Of a stretch of DNA of 64,000 nucleotides, positions 50,425-63,570 are shown in pieces. Within the stretch, counting starts at the first letter, position 1, and every line of letters starts with the position of its first letter. The notes beneath the pieces were generated by a model. That model ran no database searches, was not told the origin of the DNA, and saw only the letters and a program-made list of their open reading frames with translations. The stretch is from Oculina patagonica (taxonomy: Eukaryota), in assembly GCF_052425735.1 (NCBI RefSeq), contig NC_135768.1, positions 22,940,001-23,004,000 of the forward strand, given 5' to 3'. A program made the translations under genes and the position numbers.

Positions 50425-51756
50425 ATGGCGGCTGAAAATGAAATCGAGGAACTTCAACTGCAAATTGAGTCTAAAGTATGTGGCCTTACAACGGATGGGC
50501 TTAAAGAATTAGCAGAACACTTGCAAGTGGAGGCGAAAGAGCTGGGAAGATTGGCGTTGTCGAGGAAAATCCGCGAGAAAATCGAACAGGAATTAACCGA
50601 AGCGGACGACAAGAAGACATTGTTGGTCGGTCTCCTTGCATTTGTGGATGGAAAACCACCGCCGCTCGAGGTTCCAACAGCGACGGAAGTGAAAGTTGAA
50701 CCGCCTAACTCATCAGAAAAAGCGACTGGGAAAGCACAAGTAGCAGAGACAAAGGTAAATGTTGATGTTAGTAAGGTGCTAAGGCGTGATTTCAAAATCC
50801 ATGGAGTTGTGGCGGGAGATAGTTTTAAGGATGGGCTGTCATTTGTAAGTTTGGTGCAGCAGATAGAATCCGGGGTAAAGGCTGGCTACAAAGAGAGTGA
50901 GATTGTCGAAGCTGTTATTCGTGCAGTTAGCCCAAGCCTTACATTGAGGTCGTACTTAGAGATGATACAGGATTTATCGTTGTCTCGCTTAAGGCAGATT
51001 ATGAGGGCCCATTTTAAGCAAAAGTCAGCAACGGAACTGTATCAGGAACTGTCTGTCTTACGCCAGGAAACAAATGAATCCCCCCAAGATTTTCTTGTAC
51101 GGGCCTTGAACTTAAAACAGCAGATTATTTTTGTGTCAAATGCAACTGATGGTTCTATCAAGTATGAGCCCTCTCTGGTTCAGGCACTGTTCCTGCATGT
51201 ATTAGAAACAGGGTTACAGGATGAGGCTGTTAGAGCTAAATTACGCCCTTTACTAGAAGTAGCATCTGTAACTGATGAACAGCTAATGGAGAAGATTAAT
51301 CAGATTATGTCTGCGGAGACAGAACATCAAAATAAGATGGGTGTGGCTGGCAGGAAAGGGGCAAGGGTTAGTCAGATTGAAACCCCCTCAGCTCCCAGTG
51401 ATGTTCAACCCCAGCCAAATTCAAGTCAAGTGCCCCAGGGTGAATGTAGTAAGTCCCAGAAAAAGGAACCAAAGCCAAATACTCTTGTAACAGCATTGGA
51501 AGCAGTGCAGTCCAACCTTGCCTCTCTGAAAGCAGCTTTTGATAGGGTCAGTGCCCCAGTGGAAAGAAATTCTGCCCGGCAATATACATCTGGTAATCGG
51601 CCACAGTTTCGGCGTCGCCAGTGCAGTGTATGTAGTTCAGCGGGTGTGGACAACTGTGATCATTGCTTCAAGTGTGGGTCCACAGATCACTTTGCAAGAG
51701 GATGTAAAAAGGGTTTGGGAAACGAGAGGAGGCTACACCAGCGGGACAGGGTGTAG
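50425..51756 (+). CDS. gag: Gag (capsid-like region + CCHC zinc knuckle)
   Basis: ATG in caagATGG context; '[16 protein letters not shown]' major-homology-like motif; [14 protein letters not shown] knuckle preceded by an extra CxxC..CxH. Confidence 0.92.
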   Translation: MAAENEIEELQLQIESKVCGLTTDGLKELAEHLQVEAKELGRLALSRKIREKIEQELTEADDKKTLLVGLLAFVDGKPPPLEVPTATEVKVEPPNSSEKATGKAQVAETKVNVDVSKVLRRDFKIHGVVAGDSFKDGLSFVSLVQQIESGVKAGYKESEIVEAVIRAVSPSLTLRSYLEMIQDLSLSRLRQIMRAHFKQKSATELYQELSVLRQETNESPQDFLVRALNLKQQIIFVSNATDGSIKYEPSLVQALFLHVLETGLQDEAVRAKLRPLLEVASVTDEQLMEKINQIMSAETEHQNKMGVAGRKGARVSQIETPSAPSDVQPQPNSSQVPQGECSKSQKKEPKPNTLVTALEAVQSNLASLKAAFDRVSAPVERNSARQYTSGNRPQFRRRQCSVCSSAGVDNCDHCFKCGSTDHFARGCKKGLGNERRLHQRDRV

Positions 51757-54700
51757 TCGGAGCAGTCTCGTCCCATGCCTGCAAGTTCTGCGGAAACAAA
51801 GAAGGTACTTTCTCTTTCAAACAGTGCAGTAATTGTAAAGCTGTTAGATATTGTTCAAGGAAATGTCAACAGAAACACTGGAAACAACATAAGACACTTT
51901 GCCAGGCCATATCGTTTTTAGAAGAGCGAAAGTCTAGAGAAAATAGAGAAAAGACAGGTGTCTTTGTGAGCCATTTGTCACCACAGGAGCATGCACAGGT
52001 AGTTCGTCTTGTAGGACGGAAATGTTCTGTTAAATGTTTGCTTAATGGGGTAGAGACGGAGGCCCTCTGGGATACAGGAGCTCAAGTGTCAATTGTTTCG
52101 CGAAGTTGGTTGAGGCGATGTCTTCCAGGTTGTGACATTCGAGACATAGCAGAGTTGTTGGGCATGGATGGGCTTGATTTGAAGGCTGCAAATGGAACTG
52201 ACCTTCCCTATGAAGGTTGGGTGGAACTGACTTTTAACCTTATTGAAAATGACTTTGACCACACTGTTAAAGTAACATTCTTGGTTGCCAAGGATACCCT
52301 GGATATGCCTATTGTTGGATTTAATGTTATTGAAGAGATCACCAAGCAGCCTGAATGTGGTGTTCCAGTTGGAGCTGACGGATCAATGGTGGATGTGCTT
52401 TCATCGAGTTTAACTGGCGTTGAGCGAGACAAAGTGGAGGCCCTTGTCCAGCTTATCAAATCTGAACCTGCAAAGGAACTGTCTACTGTTAAGTCAAGAA
52501 AGCAAGACACTGTAATTCCTCGAGGACAGTCTGTTATTGTGTCGTGTCGTGCTGCAGTAGGTCCAGTTAGTAAGATACCAGTGTTGTTTGAACTTGACCC
52601 AAACCAATCATGGCCTAGTGGTCTGGAGATACCAGAGACACAAGTAACTGTAGCAGGGGGTTCCACTTGTCGAGTCAACATCCGCGTGGATAATCCAACA
52701 AAACATGACATCACTTTGAAAGGAAGAACAGCACTAGGACACCTTCAGCAAGTGAAATCAGTCACTCCTCTTGAAGTGAAATTAAAAGAGGCGAGTTCAT
52801 CCAGTGAACATATTGCAGAATCTTCAAATGCTGACATAGGAGAACAGTGTATGGATGAGGGTGGTGACAACAATTGTGAAGAACAGTCATGTAGCTTCAT
52901 TCCTGATGTTGACACTGAGGAACTTACCGAGGAACAGCGTACCATAGTTAGAGAAATGCTTGTAGAGGAAGCAGAGTCATTCTCCAAGACAGATGATGAT
53001 GTTGGAAGGGCAGAGGAATTACAAGTCAACATTAACCTCACTGATTCAGTACCAGTTCAGAGAAAGTACACTGCCATTCCCAGACCACTTTACGCCGAAG
53101 TCAAGCAGTATGTTGAGGATTTGTTGAACCGAGGGTGGATCCAAAAGTCAAGGTCAGCTTATTCGTCCCCTGTTGTATGTGTTCGTAAAAGGGACGGGTC
53201 ATTAAGACTGTGCATAGACTATAGACAGTTGAATTTAAAGACAGTGCGTGACAGCCATCCCTTGCCTAGGGTGCAGGATGCTTTGGAAAGTCTTGGTGGG
53301 AATCAATGGTTCTCCTTGCTAGATCAAGGGAAGGCCTATCATCAGGGTTTTGTTAGTCCTGAAAGTAGACACAAAACTGCCTTTGCCACTCCTTGGGGAC
53401 TGTATGAATGGGTGCGCCTACCCATGGGCTTGAAAAATGCACCAGGGGAATTCCAGAGGTTTATGGAACATTGTCTTGATGGCCTGAGAGATGACATATG
53501 TATACCCTACATCGATGACATTATTGTGTTCAGCAAAACATTCGAAGAACATGTTGACCATATTCGCAAAGTGCTTCAACGGTTACGTGAACATGGGGTC
53601 AAACTTAAACCCAGGAAGTGCAGACTCTTTAAGCGAGAAGTAAACTATCTTGGACAGATTGTATCAGCCGCAGGGTACAGACTAGACCCTTCCAATGTAG
53701 AAGCAGTCAGAACTTTGAAAGACAACAAGCCAGGAACCGTTGGTGAGGTGAGGAAGTTACTGGGTCTCCTTGGATACTACCGCAGGTACATCCAAAACTT
53801 TGCTAGGATTGCCCATCCACTCTTTCAGTTGTTACAAGGAGCTTCTGATGATGTGACTAAATCAGTACACAAAAGTAAGCAACGCTCCAATCACGGGTCA
53901 GTACCATCTTCTCAACCAGTCGTGTGGATGGAACAGCATCAGAAGGCGGTTGAAACATTGTTAAGTCACCTTGTATGTCCTCCAATTCTTGGCTACCCTG
54001 ATTTCAGTAAGCCGTTTGTATTACATACTGATGCATCGCAAGAGGGACTGGGTGCAGTCTTGTATCAGAAACAAGAAGGTAAAATGAGAGTAATTGGTTA
54101 TGGCTCACGATCACTGACCAAGGCAGAAAAGAACTATTTCCTCCACTCGGGAAAGCTTGAGTTCTTAGCCCTTAAGTGGGCTGTGTGCGAACATTTCAGA
54201 GACTACCTCTACCATGCGCCTGACTTTACTGTGTATACCGATAATAACCCCCTCACATATGCACTGACTACCGCCAAGTTGAATGCGACCAGACATCGCT
54301 GGGTAGCGGAGCTTGCAGATTTCTCATTCACAATCAAGTATAGACCAGGACACTCAAACAAGGATGCAGACGCACTCTCAAGATTGCCAATGGACATTGA
54401 TTCCTACATGAAGTTATGTACTGAGAAGGTATCCCAGAGTGATATCATGGCATGCTGTGTAGGAGTAGGAGCACTAGGGCAAGGGGAGGCTATCTGGGTG
54501 TCTGCAATGAGTAATGACTCTGACCTATTGAACATTGATGAAGTGTCCCTTGGTTCTTACATGACTGAAATTAGTAAACCATCTCTTATCAATGCCCAGA
54601 AACAAGACAAAGTGATAGGAAGACTGCTAACCTTCCTGACGACAGGAAAATGGCCTAAGACGTGGGAGATTAAGCGTGAGCTACCGGCCACAAGGGTGTT

Positions 54701-56441
54701 ATTGAGACAACGAAGCAAACTCTACTGTGATAAGGATGGCCTGTTGTTTAGGAAAAGTGGACCATTTTCCCAGCTGGTGCTACCTCAGAAATTTCACACT
54801 CTTGTCTTCAAGGAACTCCATCAGGAGATGGGACACTTAGGAGCACCTCGTGTAGTCCAGCTAGCGTGTGAACGATTCTACTGGCCAAACATGGAAGATG
54901 ATATTACTCACTTTGTGACAAAAGTTTGCTCATGTCTAAAACAACGGCAGCCAAATTTGTCTACAAGAGCACCATTACACAGTGTGACTACCTCGTATCC
55001 CTTTGAATTAGTGTCAATCGACTTCTTACATTTGGAGCCAAGTTCCGGTGGTTATAAGTACATCTTAGTTATCATTGATCATTTTACCCGTTTCGCACAA
55101 GCATATGCAACAAAGAACAAGTCAGCTACAACTGCAGCTGATCGGTTGTTTAATGACTTTGTACTGCGATTTGGTTTCCCGGCAAAGATACTCCACGATC
55201 AAGGACGGGAGTTTGAAAACAAACTCTTTCACAAATTGGAAGAGCTTAGTGGTGTCACACGCCTTCGAACAACACCTTACCATCCGCAAGGCAACGGGAA
55301 GGTAGAAAGATTTAACAGGACATTGCTACATATGTTAAGAACTCTTCCAGAAAGCAAGAAACAAAAATGGAAGGACTCCCTGAACAAAGTTGTACATGCT
55401 TATAACTCCACCAGAAGCGACGCCACTGGTTTTTCTCCCTTCTATTTGTTGTTTGGGCGCCCACCACGCCTTCCAGTTGACCTAATGTTTGGACTTTCAC
55501 GCCAAGAAATTGGTATGAATCATGCAGAGTACACAGAGAAATGGAAGGTTGCCATGAAAGAAGCCTACACATTGGCCAGCAAGAGTATGTCCAAATCGGC
55601 CGGGGATGGAAAGAAACAGTATGACCGAAAAGTAAGATTCTCTGATTTACAGCCAGGAGACCGGGTATTAGTGCGTAACCTCTCAGAGCGTGGTGGGCCC
55701 GGAAAGCTTAGGTCTCATTGGGAGCAACAAGTACACATTGTAGTGGAACAAAAGGGTGGTTTACCTGTATATGAAGTAACATCAGAGGCGCAAGGAGGCA
55801 AAGCAAGAATACTTCACAGAAATCTTCTGTTGCCTTGTGACTTCTTGCCTGTTGATCCTCCAGAACCTGTTTCCCAGCACACGCAAGAGAGAAGGAGAAA
55901 ATCAGTCCCTGTGGAACAGCAAGAACAGGAAGCCCATCAGCCTGACTATCACAGTGACAGTGGGGATGAGGGGGAGCTACCTGGTCTCTCACCCACCGAG
56001 TTGGATTTGTTGCAGTTCTCTACATCAGCCACAGAAGTTGACAATTGTGAACAAGAGCAAGTTGACTGTGCAGTGGATGAGTCATTACCTGAGGATGTAG
56101 AGGAATTGACAGAACAGGAGGAGGTATCAGTTATGGATGACCAGTCTTTATCTGACTCGGAGCAGGACCTTTCCCCACAGCAAGAGTCAGCTGGACCCCG
56201 GCGGTTTCCTGTGCGAAACCGCCACCCACCAAGTGTTCTTTCTTATGATACCCTAGGGAACCCCAGTTACCATCAAGCGACAACGGCAACTGTGTCTACA
56301 AATCCATTTATTTATGTTCCAGCCTTACCCTATCCGCCGCCCTTGTCCTTTGTGCCTTACGGAATGCAGAACTATTGGATGACAACTTATTTGCCAGTGT
56401 ACCCAAGTTGTGCACCATTTGTGCCCACAATGGCTGTTTAA
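51708..56441 (+). CDS. pol: Pol (MYND finger - protease - RT - RNase H - integrase), -1 frame relative to gag
   Basis: Frame open from 51708. [31 protein letters not shown], integrase HHCC and DDE core (SIDF, HDQG, VERFN). Confidence 0.95.
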   Translation, partial: KGFGKREEATPAGQGVVGAVSSHACKFCGNKEGTFSFKQCSNCKAVRYCSRKCQQKHWKQHKTLCQAISFLEERKSRENREKTGVFVSHLSPQEHAQVVRLVGRKCSVKCLLNGVETEALWDTGAQVSIVSRSWLRRCLPGCDIRDIAELLGMDGLDLKAANGTDLPYEGWVELTFNLIENDFDHTVKVTFLVAKDTLDMPIVGFNVIEEITKQPECGVPVGADGSMVDVLSSSLTGVERDKVEALVQLIKSEPAKELSTVKSRKQDTVIPRGQSVIVSCRAAVGPVSKIPVLFELDPNQSWPSGLEIPETQVTVAGGSTCRVNIRVDNPTKHDITLKGRTALGHLQQVKSVTPLEVKLKEASSSSEHIAESSNADIGEQCMDEGGDNNCEEQSCSFIPDVDTEELTEEQRTIVREMLVEEAESFSKTDDDVGRAEELQVNINLTDSVPVQRKYTAIPRPLYAEVKQYVEDLLNRGWIQKSRSAYSSPVVCVRKRDGSLRLCIDYRQLNLKTVRDSHPLPRVQDALESLGGNQWFSLLDQGKAYHQGFVSPESRHKTAFATPWGLYEWVRLPMGLKNAPGEFQRFMEHCLDGLRDDICIPYIDDIIVFSKTFEEHVDHIRKVLQRLREHGVKLKPRKCRLFKREVNYLGQIVSAAGYRLDPSNVEAVRTLKDNKPGTVGEVRKLLGLLGYYRRYIQNFARIAHPLFQLLQGASDDVTKSVHKSKQRSNHGSVPSSQPVVWMEQHQKAVETLLSHLVCPPILGYPDFSKPFVLHTDASQEGLGAVLYQKQEGKMRVIGYGSRSLTKAEKNYFLHSGKLEFLALKWAVCEHFRDYLYHAPDFTVYTDNNPLTYALTTAKLNATRHRWVAELADFSFTIKYRPGHSNKDADALSRLPMDIDSYMKLCTEKVSQSDIMACCVGVGALGQGEAIWVSAMSNDSDLLNIDEVSLGSYMTEISKPSLINAQKQDKVIGRLLTFLTTGKWPKTWEIKRELPATRVLLRQRSKLYCDKDGLLFRKSGPFSQLVLPQKFHTLVFKELHQEMGHLGAPRVVQLACERFYWPNMEDDITHFVTKVCSCLKQRQPNLSTRAPLHSVTTSYPFELVSIDFLHLEPSSGGYKYILVIIDHFTRFAQAYATKNKSATTAADRLFNDFVLRFGFPAKILHDQGREFENKLFHKLEELSGVTRLRTTPYHPQGNGKVERFNRTLLHMLRTLPESKKQKWKDSLNKVVHAYNSTRSDATGFSPFYLLFGRPPRLPVDLMFGLSRQEIGMNHAEYTEKWKVAMKEAYTLASKSMSKSAGDGKKQYDRKVRFSDLQPGDRVLVRNLSERGGPGKLRSHWEQQVHIVVEQKGGLPVYEVTSEAQGGKARILHRNLLLPCDFLPVDPPEPVSQHTQERRRKSVPVEQQEQEAHQPDYHSDSGDEGELPGLSPTELDLLQFSTSATEVDNCEQEQVDCAVDESLPEDVEELTEQEEVSVMDDQSLSDSEQDLSPQQESAGPRRFPVRNRHPPSVLSYDTLGNPSYHQATTATVSTNPFIYVPALPYPPPLSFVPYGMQNYWMTTYLPVYPSCAPFVPTMAV
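51717..51774 (+). other. -1 programmed ribosomal frameshift signal
   Basis: G_GGA_AAC heptamer in the gag frame, 7-nt spacer, stem GGCTACACC/GGTGTAGTC, loop GGGAC complementary to downstream GTCCC. Confidence 0.8.
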
Positions 56442-56649
56442 GCAAGTTACGTGGTTATAGAAGCTGAAGTCTGGAACTTATTGAACTTTTATCAAACTCT
56501 TTTATCATGTTTTGTTTCTTACAAGAAAAAAACAATTATACTTGTTCAGTGAAAAATTGTTAAACAATTTGTGCCAGGATGTCGTTAGCCAACCCAATAC
56601 TTCGTCCGATGTCCAGGAGGACATCTTTTTTTTTTTTTAGAGGGGTGTA

Positions 56650-56797
56650 TGTAAGGGTTTATTCGCCACCCCACCCCAGACAGTTTTTGGAATAAGTCAC
56701 GTGATGTAGTCGACCACGCGGTCGAGTTGAGCTAGAGAATAAAAACATGGACAAGTTGAGGGTTTTATTGCTTTTATTCCGGCGACCACGTCTAACA
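56650..56797 (+). repeat. 3' LTR
   Basis: Identical to the 5' LTR by inspection. Confidence 0.96.
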
Positions 56798-58461
56798 ATA
56801 ACAATAATGTTGTATACCACTTGTAATAAATTGTTAAGTAAAAAACATCCAAAGGCCATAACTAGCTATACTACATTTCATTTTATTATGACTCACCCAG
56901 AAGAACACAGCTGGTGTAATTGTCTTTTTCCTCCACATTCATCACTCTTAGAAAACTTGCCCTGCACAAGTCAACATCCATCCCAGTCTGGAAGATCAAA
57001 GAAAACACAATTAAGATTGACCACTTGTAAATGGATGGATCCATGTTGTTTTGCTATAACAACACATTCTTGAAGATACTTATAACCTCAATTTGATAAT
57101 TTATGTACAGTGATAATTTAATACTTCCATGTTGTTTTGCTGTAATGTTCAACACATTCTCAAAGGCACAAATTAACCTCTGACACATAAAGGGAAAATG
57201 TACGATTTTGTTTGCTTTTTTGTGGTTACACTTGTAAGAGACAGGTTCCAGGCCATAGACTCCTCTGGATCCAGTATAACTTAAGATCTTCAAGGAAGGA
57301 AGCCCTCAGATATGACCAAATGCCGGGTTTTCTCACATCACACACACATCACTGATGTGATCACTTCCCTACTACAGTACTGAAGAAGTTCTGATAATAA
57401 GCTCCATGGTCCTTCTAATTGAAAACAAGTCCCATAAATTTGAAATTAATACAAACTTAAATAAATACCATTTTTCTTAGGTCCTCTATCTTCGCACCAT
57501 GGCATCATCTCTGCTATTTAGCAAGGAACCTATTGACACAACAGCACGTCATTTGATCCTTGTCTTTGTACACTGGAATCCAACAAAGAAGAAAATTAAG
57601 TTATTATAATGATCAGTAAAATGTAGCATTATAAAACTTAATTCTTCTCGAAAACATGTCTCATAACACAGATTTTAGTAAATACCATTTTTCTCAGGTC
57701 CTCTATCTTCACATCACAGCATCTCTGCTATTGAGCAAGGAACCTTTTGATACAGCTCCAAGTTATTGGATCCTTTGTCCATGTACACTGGAACCCACCT
57801 ACAAAAAAGGTTATTATAAAATTAATGATCAGTAAAAAAAATAGCATTTTAAAAATTAAAAGCCACTGATAACAACATTATTATGTATACCACTTGTAAT
57901 AAATTGCTAAGTCGCAAACATGACTCACCCAGAAGAACGCTGCTGTAATATTTCCTTTCCCTCCAAATTCATCATTCTTGGAATTTTTGCCCTGCATAGT
58001 CAACATCCAGTATCCCAATCTGGAAGATTAAAGAAAACACAAAGCAGATTAACCCTTTATAGCATTAGCATTTGCTGTAACAACACATAAAATATCTGAA
58101 AATATGCTCCAACACAGTATTTCTCAAATACACAAGGGAAAACTAACATTTTTTTTCTGAAAAACTAACAAGAAAGGATAGCTAATTTAAACTGGTGTTA
58201 TTTTCAAAACAGAGTTAGTCTCCTCTACTAACTCTGTTCAAAATAAGCGTGTAAAAAAGTTAGCTTACCGTCCGCCATCTTGGAATATGAACGTGAAACT
58301 GCTGGACATCTACCATTTGTACTGTTGTCTCAAGAGACTCACTTCCTCCCCAGGCTCTTCTCTTCTTTTGAGGTTGCAAGCTGTAAGCTATCATATTCCA
58401 ACATAGCCCTTCGTAGCCATACTTTACACATACCAATGTAATTTGACCAGGAATAGCGCTA

Positions 58462-59103
58462 GCAAAAATTTTTTTTGGGATCACTTTCTTGGGGAGCTTG
58501 GAAACCAGGCTTGATTTGGTAGCCGAGCCATCTCCTCACAATGTAACCTTGTTTCCAGACAACAGCGAAATTTTCACAGAATATCCCCTGAAACTTCTTG
58601 AGAGTATTAGATGTTTGTTTAGAAATGTCAAGCGATTCCAAAAATTACTTTGGTTTTCTAGTTGACGATATATCCGAACTTCGGTATACTATAAAATCGC
58701 TATGTTCTCGACACTTAAAAAAATTTTGGCTCAGCCCGGAAGTATTTATAATTGAAACAGAAAACCAGTCACGTGAACGAATGAATGGATGAATATCTCT
58801 ATTTACTTTAAAAACCCAATAAGAATATTCGAAGTTTGTTTAGAAATGCCAAGCGATTCTTAAAATTATTTCGGTTTCGAAGTGGACGAATTTTTCGAGC
58901 TTGTGCATACCATAAAATCGCTATGTTCACGACACTTACACCCGCTCATCTTTCGATGTGCTACACAAACAAGACGGATCGAAATCCGCCAATCACAGCC
59001 CACTAGCATGACCTTCTGAACTTGTGGGCTCATTTCCGGCCGGCTACCAAATCAAGCCTGGTTTCCAAGCTCCCCAAGAAAGTGATCCCAAAAAAATTTT
59101 TGC
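58462..59103. repeat. Inverted repeat pair of about 62 bp enclosing a spacer of about 510 bp
   Basis: gcaaaaattttttttgggatcactttcttggggagcttggaaaccaggcttgatttggtagccg and its reverse complement at about 59041-59103. Confidence 0.8.
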
Positions 59104-59799
59104 GAACGCACACAAAATCACAAATATTTAGGCATTCGTATTCCAACGTAGCCCTTTGTACACTGTTTGTAGCCATACTCATACCTTTCACATATATATC
59201 CAGAAATAGCGCTACAGGTGGAAATTGATAGCCATCCAGGCGATCCATGTAAAAACCTGAAAAAAAAATAATAAGAACAAAATGCAAACTGATCCAGTCC
59301 ATTTCCAATATATTTCGTCAAGCATGGCCTGACTTCTTCAGGGATGAACTGTGTAGTTTATCTCTGAAGAATTCACAGCACAGCCTGACAAAGCTTGAAT
59401 TCTTTAGGAAATGAACATTTTAATTCACAAGCCCACAATTCTTTATACTTACAAAGCAAGAGCGAATATTTATACTTGTACGTATACTTGTCAAAGCAAG
59501 AGCGAATTCGTTAAGTCGTGTTTAATCGGGTATAATTGTTTGTTAAAAAAGTACTTAAATGTTTTTAAAAAGAGAAAGAGAGACGTTTAGGGAAAACCCC
59601 TTCATCAATCTCAAAGCAGAACATTTGAGACCGATGAAGAAGAGGTTTTCCCAAAACGTCTCGCTCTCTCTTTTTAAAAACCGATTTAAGCACTTTTCTA
59701 ACATTTTTTTACACGAATTGAAAGCCAAAGTGCTACCCAGCAACACTTTATTTATCTCATCGGGCAAATATGAGTAAGATTTTTGGAGTTACCGAAATC

Positions 59800-61710
59800 A
59801 GTCCGAAGATGTTTCTGACGGTTTTTTCAATATAAATTGAGATGTTCGAACTGATGTCGAGTGTACACACGATGTATAGACGCTGCCGAGGATGTCCGAA
59901 GCTTTCCGAACTGAGTCAGAGTACCCGGAATTTTGAAGACGCTCCCGACGTTTTTCGAATATATACTGTAAAGTTTGGTATACGATCAACGAAAGCTGCC
60001 TAAGATATCCGGAACTTTCATAAGATTGATTGCTTGCGCCAGAATGCGTCTGGACTCAGTTTGAAGGATTCAGTCATTTGTAGTTTTTTTTCGAAATTAA
60101 ATCGAATTAACAAACCATCTGCTAGGGAGCGAGCAGTTGGGATTTGTGAGACAGTTGCGTTGAAAGTTGATTGGGAAACTGTGATAAACATTTTTAATCA
60201 GCAGATGTGCATATGTGAGACTCTTCGTGAACGATTTTTTTAGATAAGCAAGTGAGCTAAGCCGTGATGGACCGTATCGTGGAAAGTAAAAATCCTATTT
60301 ATCTACCCAATGAATGTATTATTTGTATATTATGCCTTGCGTCCTTTGCAGCGTTAACCCATGGTGGAACAGCAGCAGCAACAACAGCAACAGCGACAAC
60401 ACTGAAACTATATAATGAATAACAGTACAACAAGAAAACTGAGAAAATGAAGATACGAAATAAAACAAAGTATACCAGTTTCCTGAACCAGGCCTGAAAA
60501 AGATCTAATTAAAAAAAGAAACAAAGATGAAAACAAAAGCATGTACGCACCCGCGGTTTTGATACCAAAATGACACAAGAGAAGGCGCGAATCATAACCA
60601 CTGTACAAAAAGTAGACCTACATAACCGTACATGGTGATACATGACCTTGCTGACTCTTACATGAACATTATTTATAGTTGAACACGAGTTACATAGCTA
60701 TAAATTGACAAAATAGCCCTGCATATCCTTAAAGAGTTAAACATAAATATTTTTTTGTCTAGAGTATATACAAGTTTCTAACAAGTTTCTAACATTTTTA
60801 AAATATATTTCGTGAGATGTTCGATACTAAAGAAATCCAAAGCTTTCCGAAGTCAAAGAAACCGGATTTCCGAAGATGTTTTCGACGTTTTCAAATATAT
60901 GTTCGGAGATTTTCGAAGATGATCGGTTAACGTCCGAAGCTTTCCGAAGACAGAGACACCGGAATTCCGAAGATGCTTCCGAGGTTTTGAATATGTTCGC
61001 GGATGTTACGGATGCTGCCGAATATTTTCGAAGCTTTCCGAAGATTGCTTGGTGGCGACGATATTAAAATCATTTATCCGCTTATTTCCTAGTCCCAATG
61101 TGACTGGACTTGGATCGGAGGATTCAATCATTTATAATTGCTTCCTCGCAATTTAATCGAATAAACAAACATGCTGCTCGGTGCTAGTAGTTCGGATTTG
61201 TGAGACAGGCGTTGTGATAAATGTAAGTAGATGAGCAAATGTGAGACTATATGATAACTTATATTTTTTATCATAGGAAGTGAACATATTCTGGAAAGTA
61301 AAAATCCTTTTTATCTACATTAGTATCTGTAAAATTTTTGCACTCATGGCAAACAGCAGGCGCAGCAACATCAACAACAAACTATATTATGAGTATGAAA
61401 TAAATATAAGGTAAAATAAAATCAAGGATACCAATCCCTTGAACAGGACCTGAAAAAAAAAGAATTTAAAAAAGCAAGAAATAAACAAAGATGAAAACAA
61501 AAGCATTTGGGCAGCAGCGGTACTTGTAGTTAAACACGAGTTGCATAGCCATACATTGTCATACATGGACCGACATAACCTTACAGAGTGATACATGAAC
61601 CTTATTTAGCTATAGATACATGATTACTAGGTTTTAATTTTTTTTTTAAACCCTTTTTCCGCCTTACTTTGTCATACATGAACCTAAATAGCTTTAAATT
61701 GATACATGAA
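59800..61710. repeat. Diverged direct duplication with ccgaag subrepeats
   Basis: Blocks near 59800-60670 recur near 60840-61610 (ggattca.tcattt, gatttgtgagacag, ggaaagtaaaaatcc, acaaagatgaaaacaaaagcat). Confidence 0.6.
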
Positions 61711-62219
61711 CAATATTTTTATATGCAGTTCTAGATTTTTATTTTATCTTCTATCCGTCCTACATAGTCTTNNNNNNNNNNNNNNNNNNNNNNNNNNNNN
61801 NNNNNNNNNNNNNNNNNNNNNNNNNNNNNNNNNNNNNNNNNNNNNNNNNNNNNNNNNNNNNNNNNNNNNNNNNNNNNNNNNNNNNNNNNNNNNNNNNNNN
61901 NNNNNNNNNNNNNNNNNNNNNNNNNNNNNNNNNNNNNNNNNNNNNNNTTGCATCACGGTCTCCCTGTCTGTAATCAATAAAAAAACAAGTTAGTATCCTT
62001 AACAATAATTCCACAAGAGCGCGCGTTGAATATGAGATGGCCGGCTATAATCATCTCATATCCAACACTGAACAACGCATGTGGAATAATTGTTTTACTA
62101 AAGCAATTAAACGCCCTCGAATCCCACCTAAGTCGCTATCTTTTCAGTGGTCAGGATTTACAGGATATTTTAGTTCAGACTGAAATCATCAGGTATATTT
62201 AAATCATCAATGAATGACT

Positions 62220-62999
62220 CTGGGAATCACTCACGCTCTATTTCCATCATGGCTCTGTAGTTCAGATGGTAGAGCAGTGGACCTGTAACCAAAATGTCGT
62301 GGGTTGGAATCCCACCTAAGCCACTGAACATTTTTCAGTGGTCACTGCAGTGTTTTAGTTTAGAATCATCTTCAGTAATATAAATGAGTGAATGAAATGG
62401 AACAATGGACCTGTAACTTGATGGTTATGGGTTCGAATCCCAACCTTTCTCTTCCACTGAAAAGTACAACCCTTTGATCTGATCTTATCTAAATATGTTA
62501 TTTAGCCATATATATCGAGTATTTTGCATTCTCATTTTGATACTTCAGTCCAACTGACATAAAGACAGTTCGTTCTCTGACCAAATGAACACAGGCACAC
62601 GCTCAGGTTTCCTGCACTTGCACTGGCAGGGGAGTCATGTCTTCACAAGCACTCGCAATGGCAGTCATTCTGGCACTGGCTCTGTACCATGAGGTCAGAC
62701 GGAAGAAATAAAGGCCGCAATATTTAGAGAGGAAGCCACATCAGCCGTAGCTGGTTTTCATGCGGGTCCTCTGTCCAGATCGAATTAGAATTTGAAAATG
62801 TTGGAGAAAAACCCAAAATAACAACCTCAGTCAAGCTACTTAGTCATTTACATTCATACTTTACCCTTCATAACAGTTTGGCGGGCAGCCACGATCTTTT
62901 TCCTGTCTAATGTAATTCATAACTGACAAGTTAGTAAACTTAACAATTATTCCACAAACTCGCAAACTCTTGAATATGAGATGGCCGACTATGGTCGTT

Positions 63000-63030
<31 letters not shown>

Positions 63031-63570
63031 TTTATTAATAGAGCGATCAAACGCCTTTAAACCCCACCTAAGGTCGCTTTCTTGTCAATGGTCAGATTTT
63101 ACAGTGTATTTAAGTTTATAACCATTCTATGGCATACAAATGAGTGAATCGAATGAGATTCACTCATGCGCTTTTCCCATCGTAGCGCTGTAGCTTAGAT
63201 GGTAGAGCAGTTAACCTGATGTGGTGTGGGTTCGAATCCCAGCTAAGCGACTGATTTTTTTTAAGCGGTCAGGATTAATTGTGTATTTTAATTTAGAATT
63301 ATCCTCAGGTATATAAATGAGTGAAACAACTGGGAATCACTCACGCTCTATTCCCATCATGGCACTGTAGCTCAGATGGTAGAGCAGTGGACCTGTAGTT
63401 CGTGGGTTCGAACCCCATCTGTTTTTAATTTTATTTTAGAATCATCTACAGGCATATTTCTGAGTGAATCAACTGGGAGTCACTCACACTCTATTCCCAT
63501 CATAGCTCTGTAGCTTAGATGGTAGAGCAGTGGACTTATAACCTGAAGCTTGTGGGTTTGAATCCCACAA
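62220..63570 (+). repeat. Array of degenerate tRNA-like units
   Basis: Repeated 'cactcacgctctattcccatcatggctctgtagctcagatggtagagcagtggacctg...gtgggttcgaatccc' at about 62230, 63160, 63340 and 63480, plus partial copies. Confidence 0.75.

Larger units (their letters stand above)
50149..56797 (+). mobile_element. Full-length Ty3/Gypsy LTR retrotransposon
   Basis: Identical 148-bp TG...CA LTRs, ATAA target duplication (50145-50148, 56798-56801), PBS at 50299-50316, purine tract before the 3' LTR, intact gag and pol. Confidence 0.97.

Noticed and set aside
50454-55992. Antisense and alternate-frame ORFs over gag and pol
   Set aside because: Shadow ORFs with no recognisable motifs.
55800-56441. 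Chromodomain or env gene at the end of Pol
   Set aside because: The tail is acidic and Pro-rich low-complexity sequence with no chromodomain pattern, and there is no room for a third ORF before the 3' LTR.
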